A stretch of DNA of 64,000 nucleotides from Mobula hypostoma (taxonomy: Eukaryota): NCBI RefSeq assembly GCF_963921235.1, contig NC_086097.1:64978001-65042000 (forward strand), read 5' to 3'. The position numbers and the translations under genes are program-made. Below are positions 24,927 to 39,087 of the stretch, piece after piece. The notes below the pieces were generated by a model that was given only the letters and a program-made list of their open reading frames with translations, ran no database searches and was not told the origin of the DNA. Positions within the stretch are counted from its first letter, which is position 1; each line of letters starts with the position of its first letter.

Positions 24927-25175
24927 AAAGGTACGTCGCATCCCGAGTTTCTCCGGTTAGCGGATGATTTCCCTCCACGCCTCTCTGACGTAGTGGGGAA
25001 CCGCGCACAAGGCAAGTTACAGCAGTGGTTTGCCACTGCCTTCTGCCGGGTGAGTTTCCAAAGAGATCACCAGCTCGTAACCCAGCACGGATGGAAAGCG
25101 TGCAGGGGAGCCAGCTGGATTCAAACTCGGGACCTTTCGTCCCGAAGTCCGGCGCTGATGCCACTATGCCACCAG
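24927..25175 (-). mobile_element. tRNA-derived SINE with RTE-type segment, young
   Basis: A/B boxes (tggcatagtgg, gagtttgaatcc), ggcagtggcaaaccact motif, TSD agaatagg(a/c)aagg at 24919-31 / 25176-88; related head at ~54940-55050. Confidence 0.8.
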
Positions 25176-25250
25176 AGAATAGGCAAGGAAAAGCCAGTGG
25201 ATGTATTGTACTTGAATTTTCATAAGTCCTTTGATAAATTTCTACAGAAG

Positions 25251-25520
25251 GGTGGCATGGTAGCATAACAGTTCACACAGTCAGCTGTAAGATTGGGTTT
25301 TGATTCTCCCCGTGACCCCATGAGTTTCCAGCAGGTGGTCTGGTTTCCGCCCACATTCTGGAGAATTATGGTTAGGTTTAGTGAGTTCTGGGCGTACTAC
25401 GCTGGCACTGGAAGTGTGCTGACTCTTGCAGGCTGCCCAGCACAATCCTCGCTGATTTGATTTGATGGAAAATAATGACAGTTTTCACTGTATTTTTTTG
25501 TTTTATGTGTGGCAAAAAAA
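25251..25520 (+). mobile_element. V-domain SINE with Rex-type tail
   Basis: ttctccccgtgaccccatgagtttcc..ggtttccgcccacattc; same tail as the 11975 copy. Confidence 0.7.
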
Positions 25521-25899
25521 TATGAGATTAGTGTGCCAAATTAAAATATATAGGATGGAGTCAGAGGGAATTAATTAATGGCCTGGACTGGAAAGTACCC
25601 ACAGAAGAGCATGGAGGTTGAGTCTCTGATTATGTTTACGAAGGAGTGGATGGATTTCAAGATACAATAGGCATCAATAGGAATGGGGAGAGAGTGGGAA
25701 TATTGCTCTGAAATAGTAAATCAACTAGTATTGAATAATAGAGCAGGTCAGAAGAGCTGAATGAGCTATTCCTGCACTTATTTTCAATGTTGCTGATATA
25801 TAGTCTGAATATTTAAGTAACAACAGAATATTTTCAAAACAGATCCAAAAGAATGCCTGGTAACCCTTCAAAACTAGCTAACATGGAATCATATTCAAT

Positions 25900-27427
25900 G
25901 TGATGTATCACTGGGTTCTGGCTTCCAGATTTCTGACAGAGGTGGCTGAAGTGATCGTGGAGACACTAGTAATGATCCTTCAAGAATCAATTGATTCTGG
26001 CATGGTTCCTGAGGAATGGAAAATTGCAAATATCACTCCATTCTTCAGGAAGGGAGAGAGGCAGAAGAAAGGAAATTATAGGCCAGTTAGTCTGACTTCA
26101 GTGGTTGGAAAGATGTTGTTGATAAGGATGTGTCTTCGGGATACTTGGAGGCATGGTTTCCTTAATGGATTTGCCTGACAAATCTGTTAGAATTCTTTGA
26201 AGAATTAACGAGCGGGATAGACAAAGGCGAATCGGTGGATGCTCTGTACTTGGATATTCAGAAGGCCTTTGACAAGGTGCCCACATGAGGCTGCTTAACA
26301 AGATAAGAGCCCATGGTATTACAGGAAAGGTACTAGCATGGATAAAAGATTGGCTGACTGGCAGGAAGCAAAGAGTGAAATAAAGGGAGCCTTTTCTGAT
26401 GCGCTGCTGGTGACTAGTGGTGTTTCGCAATGGTCTGTATTGGGATTGCTTCTTTTTACATCATATGTGAATGACTTAGATGATGGAATTGATGGCTTTG
26501 TGGCAAAGTTTGTGGACAATACAAAGGAAGGTGCGGGGCCAGGCAGTTTTGAGGAAGTAGAAAGGTTAAAGGAGGACTTAGATTAGGAGAATGGGCAAAG
26601 AAGTGGCAGATGGAATACAGTGTTGGGAAGTTTATGGTCATGCACTTTGGTAGAAGAGGTAAAAGGGTAGACTATTTTCTAAATGGAGAGAAAATTCAAA
26701 AATCTGAGGCGCAAAGGGACTTAGGAGGCCTTGTGTAAGATTCCCTAAAGGTTAATTTGCAGGTTAGGTTGGTGTTGAGAAAATCAAATGTGATGTTAGC
26801 ATTCATTTCGAGAGGACTAGAATATAAAAGGAAGGATGTAATGTTGAGGCTTTATAAAGCCCTAGCGCAGCCTCACTTGGTATATTATGAGCAGCTTTGT
26901 GCCCCTTATCTAAGAAGGATGTGTTGACATTGGAGAGGGTTCAAAGGAAGTTCATGAAAATTATTTCAGAATTGAAAGGCTTCTCATATGAGGAGGTTTT
27001 GATGGCTTTGGGCTTATATTCACTGGAATTCAGAAGAATAAGGGGTGATCTCATTGAAATCTTTTCAATCTTGAAAGGCCTTGATAGAGTGGATTTGAAT
27101 AGCATGTTTCCTACGGTGGGGGAACCTAAAACGAGAGGACACAGTCTCAGAATAGAGGGACATCCTTCTGGAATGGAGATGAGGTGGAATTTCTTCAGCA
27201 AGGAAGTGGTGAGTCTGTGGAATTCATTGCCAAACACAGCTGTGGCAGCCTAGCCATTTGGTATATTTAAGGCAGTGGTTGATAGGTTCTGGTTTAGTCG
27301 GGGCATGAAGGGATACGGGAGAGGCAAGAGATTGGGGCTATAGGGGAAATGGATCAGCCATGATGAAATGGTGGAGCAGACTTGATGGGCCAATGGCCTA
27401 ATCCGCTCCTATATCTTTTGGTCTTAC
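25900..27427 (+). mobile_element. CR1 LINE 3' half, decayed
   Basis: WKIANITPFFRKG..NYRPVSLTS, FVDNTK, LERVQRKF, TRGHSLRI, tail cctatatcttttggtctta. Confidence 0.92.
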
Positions 27428-27525
27428 GGATTACAGTGATGAGAATGAAATGATCTCCATAGTAACTGCCCAGCTTGTCTTCCTAAAATAACATTTGGCT
27501 GAGACCACTATTTTAGTTTCCTTAC

Positions 27526-27858
27526 CAAGTCGGAACCATCTTTCTGTAACATGAGTGCTGCAGCATGGATGTATCTGAAGGGTCTGCAATACATGCTACA
27601 AAGCAGAATCCATGGAATAAAGAGATATGAAACAATATTGAACAGAAAGTTAAGATCATGTACTGAAGTTTGGGAGTTTTGCTGTCTTGAGATTTGGTGT
27701 TGGAAATACAGGTGGAGTAGAGGAAAAAGATGATAGCATCTTTTCAGAATTTTTTGGTGATGTTATCAGGTCATTATCAGGCTTGGACATTGGCACCAAT
27801 TGATCGAAATTAACACTGTAAAAAGCATCCGCAGTATGCTCTTTATACGATCGTTTCA
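27526..27858 (-). other. two candidate exons (27664-27858 and 27526-27595) of an unidentified minus-strand gene
   Basis: acceptors aatctacag| and ctgctttgtag|, donors |gtacat (weak) and |gtaagg; phase-compatible open frame KRSYKEHTADAFYSV...PNFTCIADPSDTSMLQHSCYRKMVPT. Confidence 0.4.
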
Positions 27859-27938
27859 CTGTAGATTCAACACAATCATAGGGTAAATAAAATAACACCA
27901 AAGAAATTCCATTATACTAAATTACATTGTTGCCATAT

Positions 27939-27940
<2 letters not shown>

Positions 27941-27977
<37 letters not shown>
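27941..27977 (+). repeat. (TAA)n microsatellite
   Basis: about 12 tandem TAA units. Confidence 0.95.
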
Positions 27978-27979
<2 letters not shown>

Positions 27980-28666
27980 AATAGTGATAACAAGAACAAC
28001 CAAGTCAGAAATTTCCAATGTACTACAATCTTGATTTAAAATTGTTAATTACACTTGCTCTGAATGCAAATGCAATGTGGAATACACACAGAACAAATTT
28101 AGGCACAGCTTATGGGAAAAAAATCCGCACAAGATAAAAATTGTTCTTCATTATGAACTGATGAACTATTTCCATTTACTGAAGCAAAATATAGAGAATA
28201 TATTTTTCACCACAATATTAATCCTCTCCAGAGACATAGTGTTGTCAATATGGTCAACAGAAAATTGCAATAAAATGCTCTCAATCATATTACCTTGATG
28301 TGCAAGAAAATACAAATATTCCTTGAATATAGAAAGTTAAAATGGAATGAAGAAGGAAATAGGCCTTTCAGTCAAAATTACTTCACCTTCCAAGTCAAGC
28401 AATGGAAACATTATCTCTGGGTTGAACACTGTTATGAAATTTTATTCAGAAGAAACTGCTGCTGCCTGAACAGTGTTAACTTCACTTCCAAAATGTCAAA
28501 GCTAACTAAAAGCCTATTATAAACCCATCCATAAATCAGCTTGAAAAGGTAATTATCATCCTACCATCAGGAAATTCACAGGAAATGTGATTTCCGTGAG
28601 GGAACATTAGACCAGACTGAGCCTCTGGTTACCTGAGTTTAGAAAAATGTGAAACAAAAATCCCAT

Positions 28667-31600
28667 TGAAACATAGAACATAGAACAGTACAGCACAGTA
28701 CAGGCCCTTTGGCCCACATTGTTGTGCCGACCCTCAAACCCTGCCTCCCATATAACCCACCCCAACTTAAATTCCTCCATATACCTGTCTAGTAGTCTCT
28801 TAAATTTCATTAGTGTATCTGCCTCCACCACTGACTCAGGCAGTGCACTCCATGCACCAACCACTCTCTGAGTAAAAAGCCTCTTCTCTAATGTCCCCTT
28901 TGAACTTCCCACCCCTTACCTTAAAGCCATACCCTCTTGTAATGAGAAGTGGTGCCCTGGGGAAGAGGCGCTGGCTATCCACTCTATCTATTCCTCTTAA
29001 TATCCTGTATACCTCTATCATGTCTCCTCTCATCCTCCTTCTCTCCAAAGAGTAAAGCCCTAGCTCCCTTAATCTCTGATCATAATGCATACTCTCTAAA
29101 CCAGGCAGCATCCTGGTAAATCTCCTCTGTACCCTTTCCAATGCTTCCACATCCTTCCTATAGTGAGGTGACCAGAACTGGGCACAGTACTCCAAGTGTG
29201 GCCTAACCAGAGTTTGATAGAGCTGCATCATTACATCGCGACTCTTAAACTCTATCCCTCGACTTATGAAAGCTAACACTTCATAAGCTTTTTTAACTAC
29301 CCTATCTACCTGTGAGGCAACTTTCAGGGATCTATGGACAGGTATCCCCAGATCCCTCTGCTCCTCCACACTATCAAGTATCCTGCCATTTACTTTGTAC
29401 TCTGCCTTGGAGTTTGTCCTTCCAAAGTGTACCACCTCACTTCTCCGGGTTGAATGCCATCTGCCACTTCTCAGCCCACTTCTGCATCCTATCAATGTCT
29501 CTCTGCAATGTTTGGCAATCCTCTACACTATCCACAACACCACCAACCTTTGTGTCATCTGCAAACTTGCCAACCCACCCTTCTACCCCAACATCCAGGT
29601 CATTAATAAAAATCACGAAAAGTAGAGGTCCCAGAACCCATCCTTGTGGGACAGCACTAGTCACAATGCACCAATCTGAATGTACTCCCTCTACCATGAC
29701 CCCCTACCTTCTGCAGGCAAGCCAATTCTGAATCCACCTGGCCAAACTTCCCTGGATCCCATGCCTTCCGACTTTCTGAATAAGCCTACCAAGTGCAACC
29801 TTATCAAATGCCTTACTAAAATCCATATAGATCACATCCACTGCACTACCCTCATCTATATGCCTGGTCTCCTCGTCAAAGAACTCTATCAGGCTTGTTA
29901 GACACGATCTGCCCTTCACAAAGCCATGCTGACTGTCCCTGATCAGACCATGATTCTCTAAATGCCCAGAGATCCTATCTCTGAGAATCTTTTCCAACAG
30001 CTTTCCCACCACAGACATAAGGCTCACTGGTCTATAATTACCTGGACTATCCCTACTAACTTTTTTGAACAAGGGGACAACATTCACCTCCCTTCAATCC
30101 TCCGGTATGATTCCCGTAGACAATGAGGACATAAAGTTCCTAGCCAGAGGCTCAGCAATCTCTTCTCTTGCCTCATGGAGCAGCCTGAGGAATATTCCTT
30201 CAGGCCCCAGGGACTTATCCGTCCTAATGTATTTTAGTAACTCCAACACCTCCTCTCCCTTAATATCAACATGCTCCGGAACATCAACCTCATTCATATT
30301 GTCCTCACCGTCATCAAGTTCCCTCTGATTGGTGAATACTGAAGAGAAGTATTCATTGAGGACCTCGCTCACTTCCACAGCCTCCAGGCACATCTTCCCA
30401 CCTTTATCTCTAATCAGTCCTACCTTCATTCCTGTCATCCTTTTCTTCTTCACATAACTGAAGAAGGTTTCCCTTTACCCTACTCGCCAAGGCCTTCTCA
30501 TGCCCCCTTCTTGCTCTTATCGGCCCCTTCTTAAGCTCCTTTCTTGCTACCCTATATTCCTCAATAGATCCATCTGTTCCTTGCTTCCTAAACCTCATGT
30601 ATGCTGCCTTCTTCTACCTGACTAGATTTTCCACCTCACTTGTCACCCATGGTTCCTTCACCCTACCATTCTTTATCTTCCTCACCAGGACAAATTTATC
30701 CCTAACATCCTGCAAGAGATCTCTAAACATTGACCACATGTCCATAGTACATTTCCCTGCAAAAACATCATCCCAATTCACACCCGTAAGTTCTAGCCTT
30801 ATAGCCTCATAATTTGCCCTTCCCCATTTAAAAATTTTCCTGTCCTCTCTGATTCTATCCTTTTCCATGATAATGCTAAAGGCCAGGGAGCGGTGGTCAC
30901 TGTCCCCCAGATGCTCACCCACTGAGAGCTCTGTGACCTAACCTGGTTCATTACCTAGTACCAGATCTAGTATGGCATTCCCCCTGGTCGGCCTGTCAAC
31001 ATACTGTGACAGGAATCCGTCCTGGACACACTTAACAAACTCTGCCCCGTCTAAACCCTTGGAACTAATCAGGTGCTAATCAATATCACGGAAGTTAAAG
31101 TCACGCATGATAACAACCCTGTTATTTTTGCTCCTTTCCAAATTCTGCCTCCCAATCTGCTCCTCGGAATCTTTGCTGCTACCAGGGGGCCTATAGAATA
31201 CCCCTAGTAGAGTAACTGCTCCCTTCCTGTTCCTGACTTCCAACCCTACTGACTCAAAAGAGGATCCTGCTACATTACCCACCCTTTCTGTAGCTGTAAT
31301 AGTATCCTCGACCAGTAATGCCACCCCTCCTCCCCTTTTCCCCCCTCTCTATCCCTTTTAAAGCACTGAAATCCAAGAATATTGAGAATCCATTCCTGCC
31401 CTGGTGCCAGCCAAGTCTCTGTATTGGCCACTACATCATAATTCCATGTATGTGTCCAAGCTCTCAGTTCATCACCTTTGTTCCTGATGCTTCTTGCACT
31501 GAGGTACACGCACTTCAGCCCTTCTACCTTCCTACCTTTACACCCTTTATTCTGCTTCTCTTTCCTTAAAGCCTCTCTATATGTTAGAATCTGGCTTTCC

Positions 31601-32490
31601 TCCATGCATTTCTTTTACTGCTCTATCGCTCCGGGTCCCATCCCCCTTGCAAATTAGTTTAAACCCTCTCGAACCATGCTAGCAAACCTACCTGCAAGGA
31701 TATTGCTCCCCCTCAAGTCCAGGTGCAACCCATCCAATCTGTACAGGTCCCACCTTCCCCAGAAGAGATCCCAATGATCCAAAAATCTAAAACCCTGCCC
31801 CCTGCACCAACTCCTCAGCCATGCATTCAACTGCCATCTCCTCCAATTCTTACCATCACTATCATGTAGCACTGGCAACAATCCTGAGAATGCCACCCTT
31901 GAGGTCCTGTTCTTCAGCCTTCTGTCTAGTTCCCAAAACTCACACTTCAGGACCTCAGCCCTTTTCCTGCCTATGTCGTTGGTGCCAACATGTATCACGA
32001 CTTCTGGTTGCTTTCCCTCTTGTACCAGGATGTCGTGCACCTGGTCAAAGACATCCTGGACCCCGGCACCCAGGAGGCAACAAACCATACGGGTGTCCTT
32101 CTCACGTCCACGAAATCTCCTGTCTGCTCCCCTGACTAAAGAGTCTCCAATGACGACAGCGCTCCTCTTCTCCGTCCCACCCTTCTGCACCACAGGGTCA
32201 GACTCAGTGCCGGAGGCCCTGCCACCGTGGCTCACAGCTGGTTGGTCATCCCCGCCAACAGTATCCAGGACGGTAAACTTATTACTCAGGGGAATGGCTA
32301 TAGGGGTGCTCTGCACTACCTGTCTACTCACCTTGGCTTCCCCCCGCCCCCGACTGTCACCCAATGACCTGTTTCTGGCAGCCTTGGTGTGACCACCTCC
32401 CTGTAGCTCTCATCTATGACTGCCTCATTCTCCCTTACGAGTAGAAGGTCATCCAGCTGCTACTCCAGATTCCTTACATGGTCTTCCAGA
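28667..32490 (-). mobile_element. near full-length CR1 LINE (ORF1 with SGNH esterase; ORF2 APE+RT, disrupted)
   Basis: ORF1 AVVIGDSLVRG..HVGTND..DGLHL (31654-32364); ORF2 YLSARSIRNK, ETWL, YRPP, GDSDH, NYRPVSL, FADDTK; tail ctatgttctatgtttc. Confidence 0.95.
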
Positions 32491-32789
32491 TTGCTCTACA
32501 GAAACATACAGAATTCTTTTAGGGCATCACAAAGTGGATTCAGGGATGGTGTTTTCTCTGCCTGTTGCATGCTTTGTTGCATCAGGAATGATCTTTAACA
32601 TGAAGACCTTGAAGCTTTGAGGCTACTTAGCTTGAGTCACCAATTTACCATCCAAAAAGTACATCCGCTTTGGCTCAAATATTCTCAATAACTCTGTATT
32701 CACAGGTCTCTGGGGTAGAGAATTCCGAAGTTCACAACCATCTGCCAGGCTTACTTCTGCCTTAAACCAGGGCTTCTGTCCTGTACTGG

Positions 32790-33092
32790 GGTGCCACAAT
32801 ATCATAGCGGTTAGTGTGACTCTATTACAGCTCAGGGTATTGGAGTTCTGAGTTCAACTCCAGCAACCTCTGTAAGAAACTTTGTACGTTCTACCTGTGC
32901 GCGTGTGGGTCTGTTCCGGGTGCTCCGGTTTCCTCCTACAGTTCAAAGATATACTGGTTAGTAGGTTAATTGGTCACTATAAATTGTCCTGTGATTAGGC
33001 GATAGTTAAATCAGTTGCTGGGCGGTGTGGCTTGGTGGACGGGAAGGGCTTGTTCCATGATGTGTCTCTAAATAATTAAAAACAAATAAATA
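32790..33092 (+). mobile_element. V-domain SINE with CR1-type tail (HE1-like)
   Basis: gagttcaactcc B box, gggtgctccggtttcctcc V domain, gggaagggcttgttcc..ctctaaataa tail. Confidence 0.75.
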
Positions 33093-33700
33093 GGTCACCC
33101 CCAAAACAGCTGGATTGGTCAAGAATTATGGGGAATAATTAAGAAAGTTAATCTGAAGCCAATGCTAGATTATGCATGATCTTATTCATTGGTGGATTGT
33201 GCTATAGGAGTTGTATGACCTCGCATGCTCTAATTTCTATGCTCTTATACTGTTATTATATAATTTACCTCTAAGCCTTCCCAAATCCATTTTTAAAGCT
33301 TTCAATCTTTGATTCTATCAGCCTTGCTGCTCAATTCCAATCATTGCACTCTTGATTATAAAGCTTTCCATTCCTCCCCTTGTATCTTCTTTTTGCCTAT
33401 TGTTTACAATCTGTACCCCTTTAGACCTTGAACCATCTGCTAATGGAAATAGCTTTTCTCCACTCACCTTACCTGGAACCTTCATAATACTGCCCTCTGC
33501 CGCAAATCTTTTTTTCGAATTTCTCTGCATCGTGAAGAATAGTTCCAGTTTCCCCATTCTAACCCTGCACTGAAATTCCTCAACTCTGGATCTTCCCAAT
33601 AATTTTATTTTCTGACTAAGATAATAGTTTTAGTGGAAATATAAGGGGGATAGTTAATATGTTTAACATAATGAACACAATCAATAGAAAGAGCTTCTGT

Positions 33701-36700
33701 TGTCAGGCAATGTAGAGGAGGCTTAACTCAAAAGCAGAGCAGCAGAGATGATTCAGCAATGAACAGTAACCTTAATAATAGATTGTGAAAATACTAAACC
33801 ATGGGGGAGTCACAAAATAAGAGCGAACAGTTACTAAACACCCCAGGCAACGAGGTACCTGAAGGCTAGAAGCAATAGGTTGAGGCTGGCTGGCTCAATG
33901 TGAGAATAAGGGCAGTAGATAAGAGTTGGGTTTAAATAGGCTGCAGGACATGAGTGGCAGGTGACTTCTGTTAGCTGGTTGGAAGCTGGGAGATGCCTAC
34001 CTGTGCATGCCTGACAGGATTACCCCCTCCTGTGGCTAGCAGTTGATGGCCCAGGACAATCTGGGTGAGTCCTGTGGAACTCCTCGATAACCAATGAAGG
34101 TGAAAGTGGATGGCACCCAATACCTCCCCTCTGGTCTGTATCCTCCCTAGTTGACCAGGTACTGCACATCCTACCCATGAAGACATGAATTAATCAGCTG
34201 GTGAACTGTGTGCACCAGACCACCTTCAACCATCCTAAGTTTCAGAGGTGCAGGCTCAGATGAGTTAAGTGGTCCATGGACAATGGGCTTGAAGCTGGAC
34301 ACGTGGAAGGTAGATGTGATACTGAGGGATGATGGCAGCTGGAGATGGTAAATGATTGGATTAACACAATGGCAAATCTTGAATTGACCCATGAACCAGG
34401 ACTAGAGTTGTGGGAGTCAGTGCACAGGGGCAAATCTAAGGTGGACAGGCAGACACAGTTCCCAGGCCAGAGTAATCTAGCTGGGCACCGCCTGCAGTAG
34501 GCACAGTTGGCAGCTAGGGTGGCCCTCCATGTCTTCTTCCAAGCATTCTTGCAGCACAAAACCAGGGCCCTGGTAGGTGGGACCACCACTGTTGGGTCCT
34601 CTGTGGGAAACAATTTGTGGGTAGCCATGAAGTACTCCAAAGGGTGACATACCAGTGGCATAGGAGGTGTGTAGATTGTGGGACAGCTCCACCCAGAACA
34701 GATACTGTTTCCATGTGGAAAGGTAGAGGAAGGGGAGCATTGCAGAAAATTCTCCACTTGCTAATTGGCCCTTTCTGATGAGGTGCAGTGGAGGGAATAG
34801 AAGGCTTGCCAGAGGCAGGAGACAAATTGTGGGCCATGGTTTGACACAATGTCTTGAGGGAAGCAATGGAGGTGAACTACATGTTGGAGAATCAGGTCCA
34901 TCATCTCAGCGGCTGAAGGAAGTTTAGGCCGCCTTGGAGAAGTAGTCCCCCAATATCATCATCACCGTGGCCCCACTGGAAGGTTGCAAACCTATAATGA
35001 AATCCATGAGGTGGGACAACAAGCGTCCAGATGCCCAGAGGGATGCTGGTTGGAGGAATTGGACTAGGCACATTGACATCAGGCAGCAACGAATTGATGT
35101 ACATCTGCAATCACTATGGGCCACCGGAACTGGCATTGCAGAATCCTTCATGAGCCTGGATGACCGTGGAGGGGTGAGGAGTGGGCCCTCTGAGGTACCT
35201 CGGAGTGCACGGCTGCAGCAAGTACATGCGGTTGTCAAGAGTGTCGTCTGGAGCAGGCTTCTGCTGTAGGGCCTGGCAGATCTGGTTCTCAAGGTTCCAA
35301 ACGATCAGGGTAAGGATCTGAGAGGATGGAATGATGGGCCGAGGGTCGATCCCTGTTTCAGCTGGGTTGAAATGTTGTAACAGTACGTCCACCATAGTGC
35401 TCTTGGAGCTGGGTCGGTAGGAGAATGAGTTGAATTGCTCAAAGAAGAGGGTGTAGCGGACTGAGGGTGCGGATTGAGTTGGTGGGTCTGTTGTAAGGAT
35501 ATGTGGTTCTGGTGCCCAGCCCAGATCAGGATGGGCCCAGTGTTTCCCACCAGCCAATGTCTCCATTCCTCTGAGGCCCATTAAATGGTGAGAAGCTCCC
35601 AGTCTCCCACTCCATGATGGCACTGTATAGAGTTGAGCTTGCACAAGAAGAAGGCATAAGGGTGTGTCTTCCCATCCGATCCTTATGGGAGAGCATGGCC
35701 CTGGCACCCACGTCAGATCCATCGGAGCTGCATCTCTTCAGCTCCTGAAAAGCATGTCCCGCAGCTACAGAAAATGTTTTCTGTGAGGCAGGTGACTTGG
35801 TCAGGGAGGTGAAAGGAACAGCAATTTGGCCGAGTTCCTGATGAAAGGATGACAAAATTTGTTGAAGCCCAAGAAGCATTGAAGCTGCTTGAGGGAGTGC
35901 AGTTCGGCCATTTAATGACAACACACACTTTCTCTGGTCCATGGTTTTGCCTTGGGGTGAAAGGACGTAACCCAGGAAGTAAATGACTGGGGCGTGGAAC
36001 TGGCATTTCTCTAAGTTGCAGTACTGTTGGTTTTTGAGGAGACACTGAAGGACTGAATGGATGTGACAGACATGGTTTTGGGGGTTCCTGGAGAAGATGA
36101 AGATGTTATTGAGGTAGAAGAACACATACCTGTGTGATGATCTTGTGAAAGAAAGCTTGGAAAATGGCTGGAATGTTGGAAAGTTCAAAAAGCATCAAAA
36201 ATATTCGTAGTGGCCAGTGGGTATTGTAAAAGCTGTCTTCCACTCATCCCTCTGGCCGATGTGGATCAGGTTGTACCACTCCATAGAAACAGTTTGGTGA
36301 AAACCTGGGCCCCAGTGCTCTGTTTCAAATGTGCTACCCATCAAAGGAAGAGGGTAGTGGTTCTTAATCGTGATTTTGTTGAGTGCACAGTAGTCAATGC
36401 AGTGATGGAGACCCCATCTTTCTTTTTGACAAAGAAGAATCCTGCACCAGCTGGGGACTGGAATGACTGTACGAAGCCATGCTGTCGTTCTTTGGAGATC
36501 TACTCATTCATGGCTTGGGTCTCAGGAGTGGAGAGGGAGAACAGATTACGTCAGGGAGGGGTGGTGCCTGGAGGAGGTCAGTTGTGTGGTCTGCGAGCAG
36601 GCTGTGTGCTGACTTCCCTTTTACTGAAGCTGTGGTATTCCTGTGCAAGTTTGGTGAGGTTGAGGCTTCCCTCCATCTCCATGGGTTCATAGGGTGAAGT

Positions 36701-38264
36701 CAGCTGAGGTTGCAGGCGGGTGGTCCGACAGGTTGGTTCCTTAACACACCAGTAAACCTGATGACCAGGTGAACTGAGGGCTGTGAATGCTAAGCCAAGA
36801 TGAGAGGGGTGTTGGGTGCGTTGATGAGGATGTAATGTGCAGAGGCCACGTGTGCACTCTGACTATCCCCGACCCCAAGTGACACCCGTTAACGGCCACG
36901 ATGGGCCATTGTGAAGGGTGAGGGATAAGCTCAGCTGGGAGTCCAAGCTGCACACGTAGAGTCCGGTCCAGAAAGTTGCCTGCTGTTCCAGAGTCTATGA
37001 GAGCCTAGAGCAGTCAGAGTGAGGAGGAGGACAGAGAGAGTGAGTCAGGTTATGGTGCAGGGATGAGGGGTGGGGGGAAGGTATGAGAGAGGGGGTCCCA
37101 CCCTCTACCTGGTGGTGGCGCTTCCCAGGTGTAGTGGACATTTGATGATGATTGGCTGCTCCACAGTAAGTGCACAAGTTGTTTCACCACCGATGCTCAC
37201 GCTCTTGGGGGATTAAGACGGCTCTCCCTAACTCAGTGGGCTCTGGAGGTGTTGCTGATGAGGGTCCTGAAATGGTTCAGGGAATGAACCTGGTTCAGGC
37301 TGGTCACCTGGAGGGTCATTTCATAAGAAGTTTGCCAAGGCAGAGAACCAGGGTGCTGAGACTTTCAAGGAAGGTGGGCATCTCCCAGGTAAACAGCTTG
37401 TCTTTCAAGTGCTCCAAGAGGCTGTGATGGTTAATGGTCCAGCAGCTCTTCTGAATTCCAGCCACACCCTGTCACAAGGGTCCTGAATTCCACGGTCCAC
37501 TCCAGCAGTGAGCATGAGCCTGGACGCAGGCGAAGTATCTGATCCACCAGCTCCCTTCCAAATCCCGGATGGTTGAAAACCCAGCACATCTCAGCAGTGA
37601 AATCCTCATATCTGCTACAAACAGCGGCCTTATTATCCCAATTAGTAGCGGGCCAGGTCAGAGCTCACCCAGTCAAGGGAGAGATGACAAAGGTGATCTT
37701 GGCTTGGTCTGTAAGATACAGAGATGGCTGGAGCTCAAAGTGCAAGACACATTGGGACAGGAAGATATGGCATCAGTTTGGGAACTCATCAAAGCGTATG
37801 GGCACTGGAATCCAGGGCTCTGAGGGAGTAGGTTGATTGGTGTGGGGTTGCTGTATCAAGGCAGAGAGTTAGTTGAGAGGGCGACCAGATGGTCAATGGT
37901 CTCCTGCTGCCTCTGGATCATGTGTTGTTGTCGACAGATGGCTTTCTTCAGGTGAGCAAACTCTGCTGGATTAATCACTAGTTCATCCATCCTGTCAGGA
38001 GATGTAGAGGAGGCTTGACCCAAAAGCAGAGCAGCCAAGGTGGTTCAGTGATGAATAATAACAGACTCCAAAAATAACTTGTCACTAGGGGTCAGAAGGA
38101 AGACTTGGAGCAACTGATTGAGGCTGACTGGTTTGATGGGTGAACAAGGACTGTGGATGAGGAGTGGGTTTAAATAGGCTGCAGGTGATGAGTTGGATAC
38201 GACTGGGAGGTGAGTCCTGTCAGCTGGGTGGAGACTGGGAGATGCCTGCCTGCAAAATCTGACA
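33701..38264 (-). mobile_element. Sushi/Tf1-type chromoviral Gypsy LTR retrotransposon, full structure, heavily decayed
   Basis: LTRs 33701-34016 and 37993-38264 (TGTCA..TGACA), PPT ggagggggtaatcc, TSD tctgt/gctgt; gag, protease ALIDSG, AGFFFVKKKDG, VFFYLNNIFIFS, HLMDFI, chromodomain VQYLVN*GGY.PE..YWVP. Confidence 0.9.
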
Positions 38265-38324
38265 GCTGTAAGACTAATTCTCTCAAGTTCAACTTGCTGA
38301 ACAATGCTTCTCCACGTTCACTGG

Positions 38325-39087
38325 TGTGGTCCTGCATCATGGGACAATGGATGACTCTTTAACTCCTGTCGTTACCTGTCCCATGAGCATGATGTAATTA
38401 TCTCCTGATGTGCATGATGTAATTGTCTCGTGATAGCGGGGTGATGTGATGTCACGTGATGGCATGTTCCAACCAGTATAAAAGGGGAAACCACAATTTG
38501 TTGCATAGTTGCTTTGTTGGGAGTCACAGTCGGTGGTTACGCAATCGTAAAAGGAGTGAGAGAGTGAAGAATTATCAGCTTCGTGCGAACCCAAAGAATT
38601 AGGTAGAAATCAACAGCGTTCTGTGTGTCTTGAAGAGGTTGATGTGAATTGTGGCACACACTTTTGGGTAACCCCTGCATGGTCTCGGGTGTGTGGTGAC
38701 CACCTCCGGCGAAAGGTCAGTTACTTTGAGAAATCATACTCTTCGTGATCTCTTCGGATAAGGCATTTCTCATCTGGAATCTGCGTCCGCAGTTTCGTCT
38801 ATGCTTCAGGAATTGCTCGTTGGTTCGGGAAGTCTCTCCTCTCACTTAATTTATGAATCATATGGACTTATTAAACTACCACCTTAAGACTGTGCTTAAG
38901 TAAGATCTGTTAAGGATTGTCTTTAGGTTCGACTGTTTGATAACTATAGACACATAACACTGTTAACTTCCATTTAAGTTAGTCGTTTGTTTACTTTTCT
39001 ATGTTTCTGAGTAGAGGTTAATAAATTTTGTTGTTTATTTATAAAAACCTGACTCAATTTCATATCTATTGCTACTGGTACATAACA
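38325..39087 (+). mobile_element. solo LTR related to the Gmr1 LTR (5' boundary uncertain)
   Basis: gatgtaatt/gtcacgtgat/tataaaa upstream motifs and 3' end aataaa..ttattt..aacctgactc..attgctactggtacataaca parallel to 19651-20517. Confidence 0.7.

Larger units (their letters stand above)
23110..25740 (+). mobile_element. old CR1 LINE carrying nested Rex (24165-24870) and SINE insertions
   Basis: KAFYKYL..LKKYFSSVF, ANITPLFRK, KPVDVLYLNFHKSFDK remnants. Confidence 0.7.

Noticed and set aside
24927..25175. tRNA gene
   Set aside because: tRNA-like head continues into a SINE body with tail and TSD; same for the V-SINE heads
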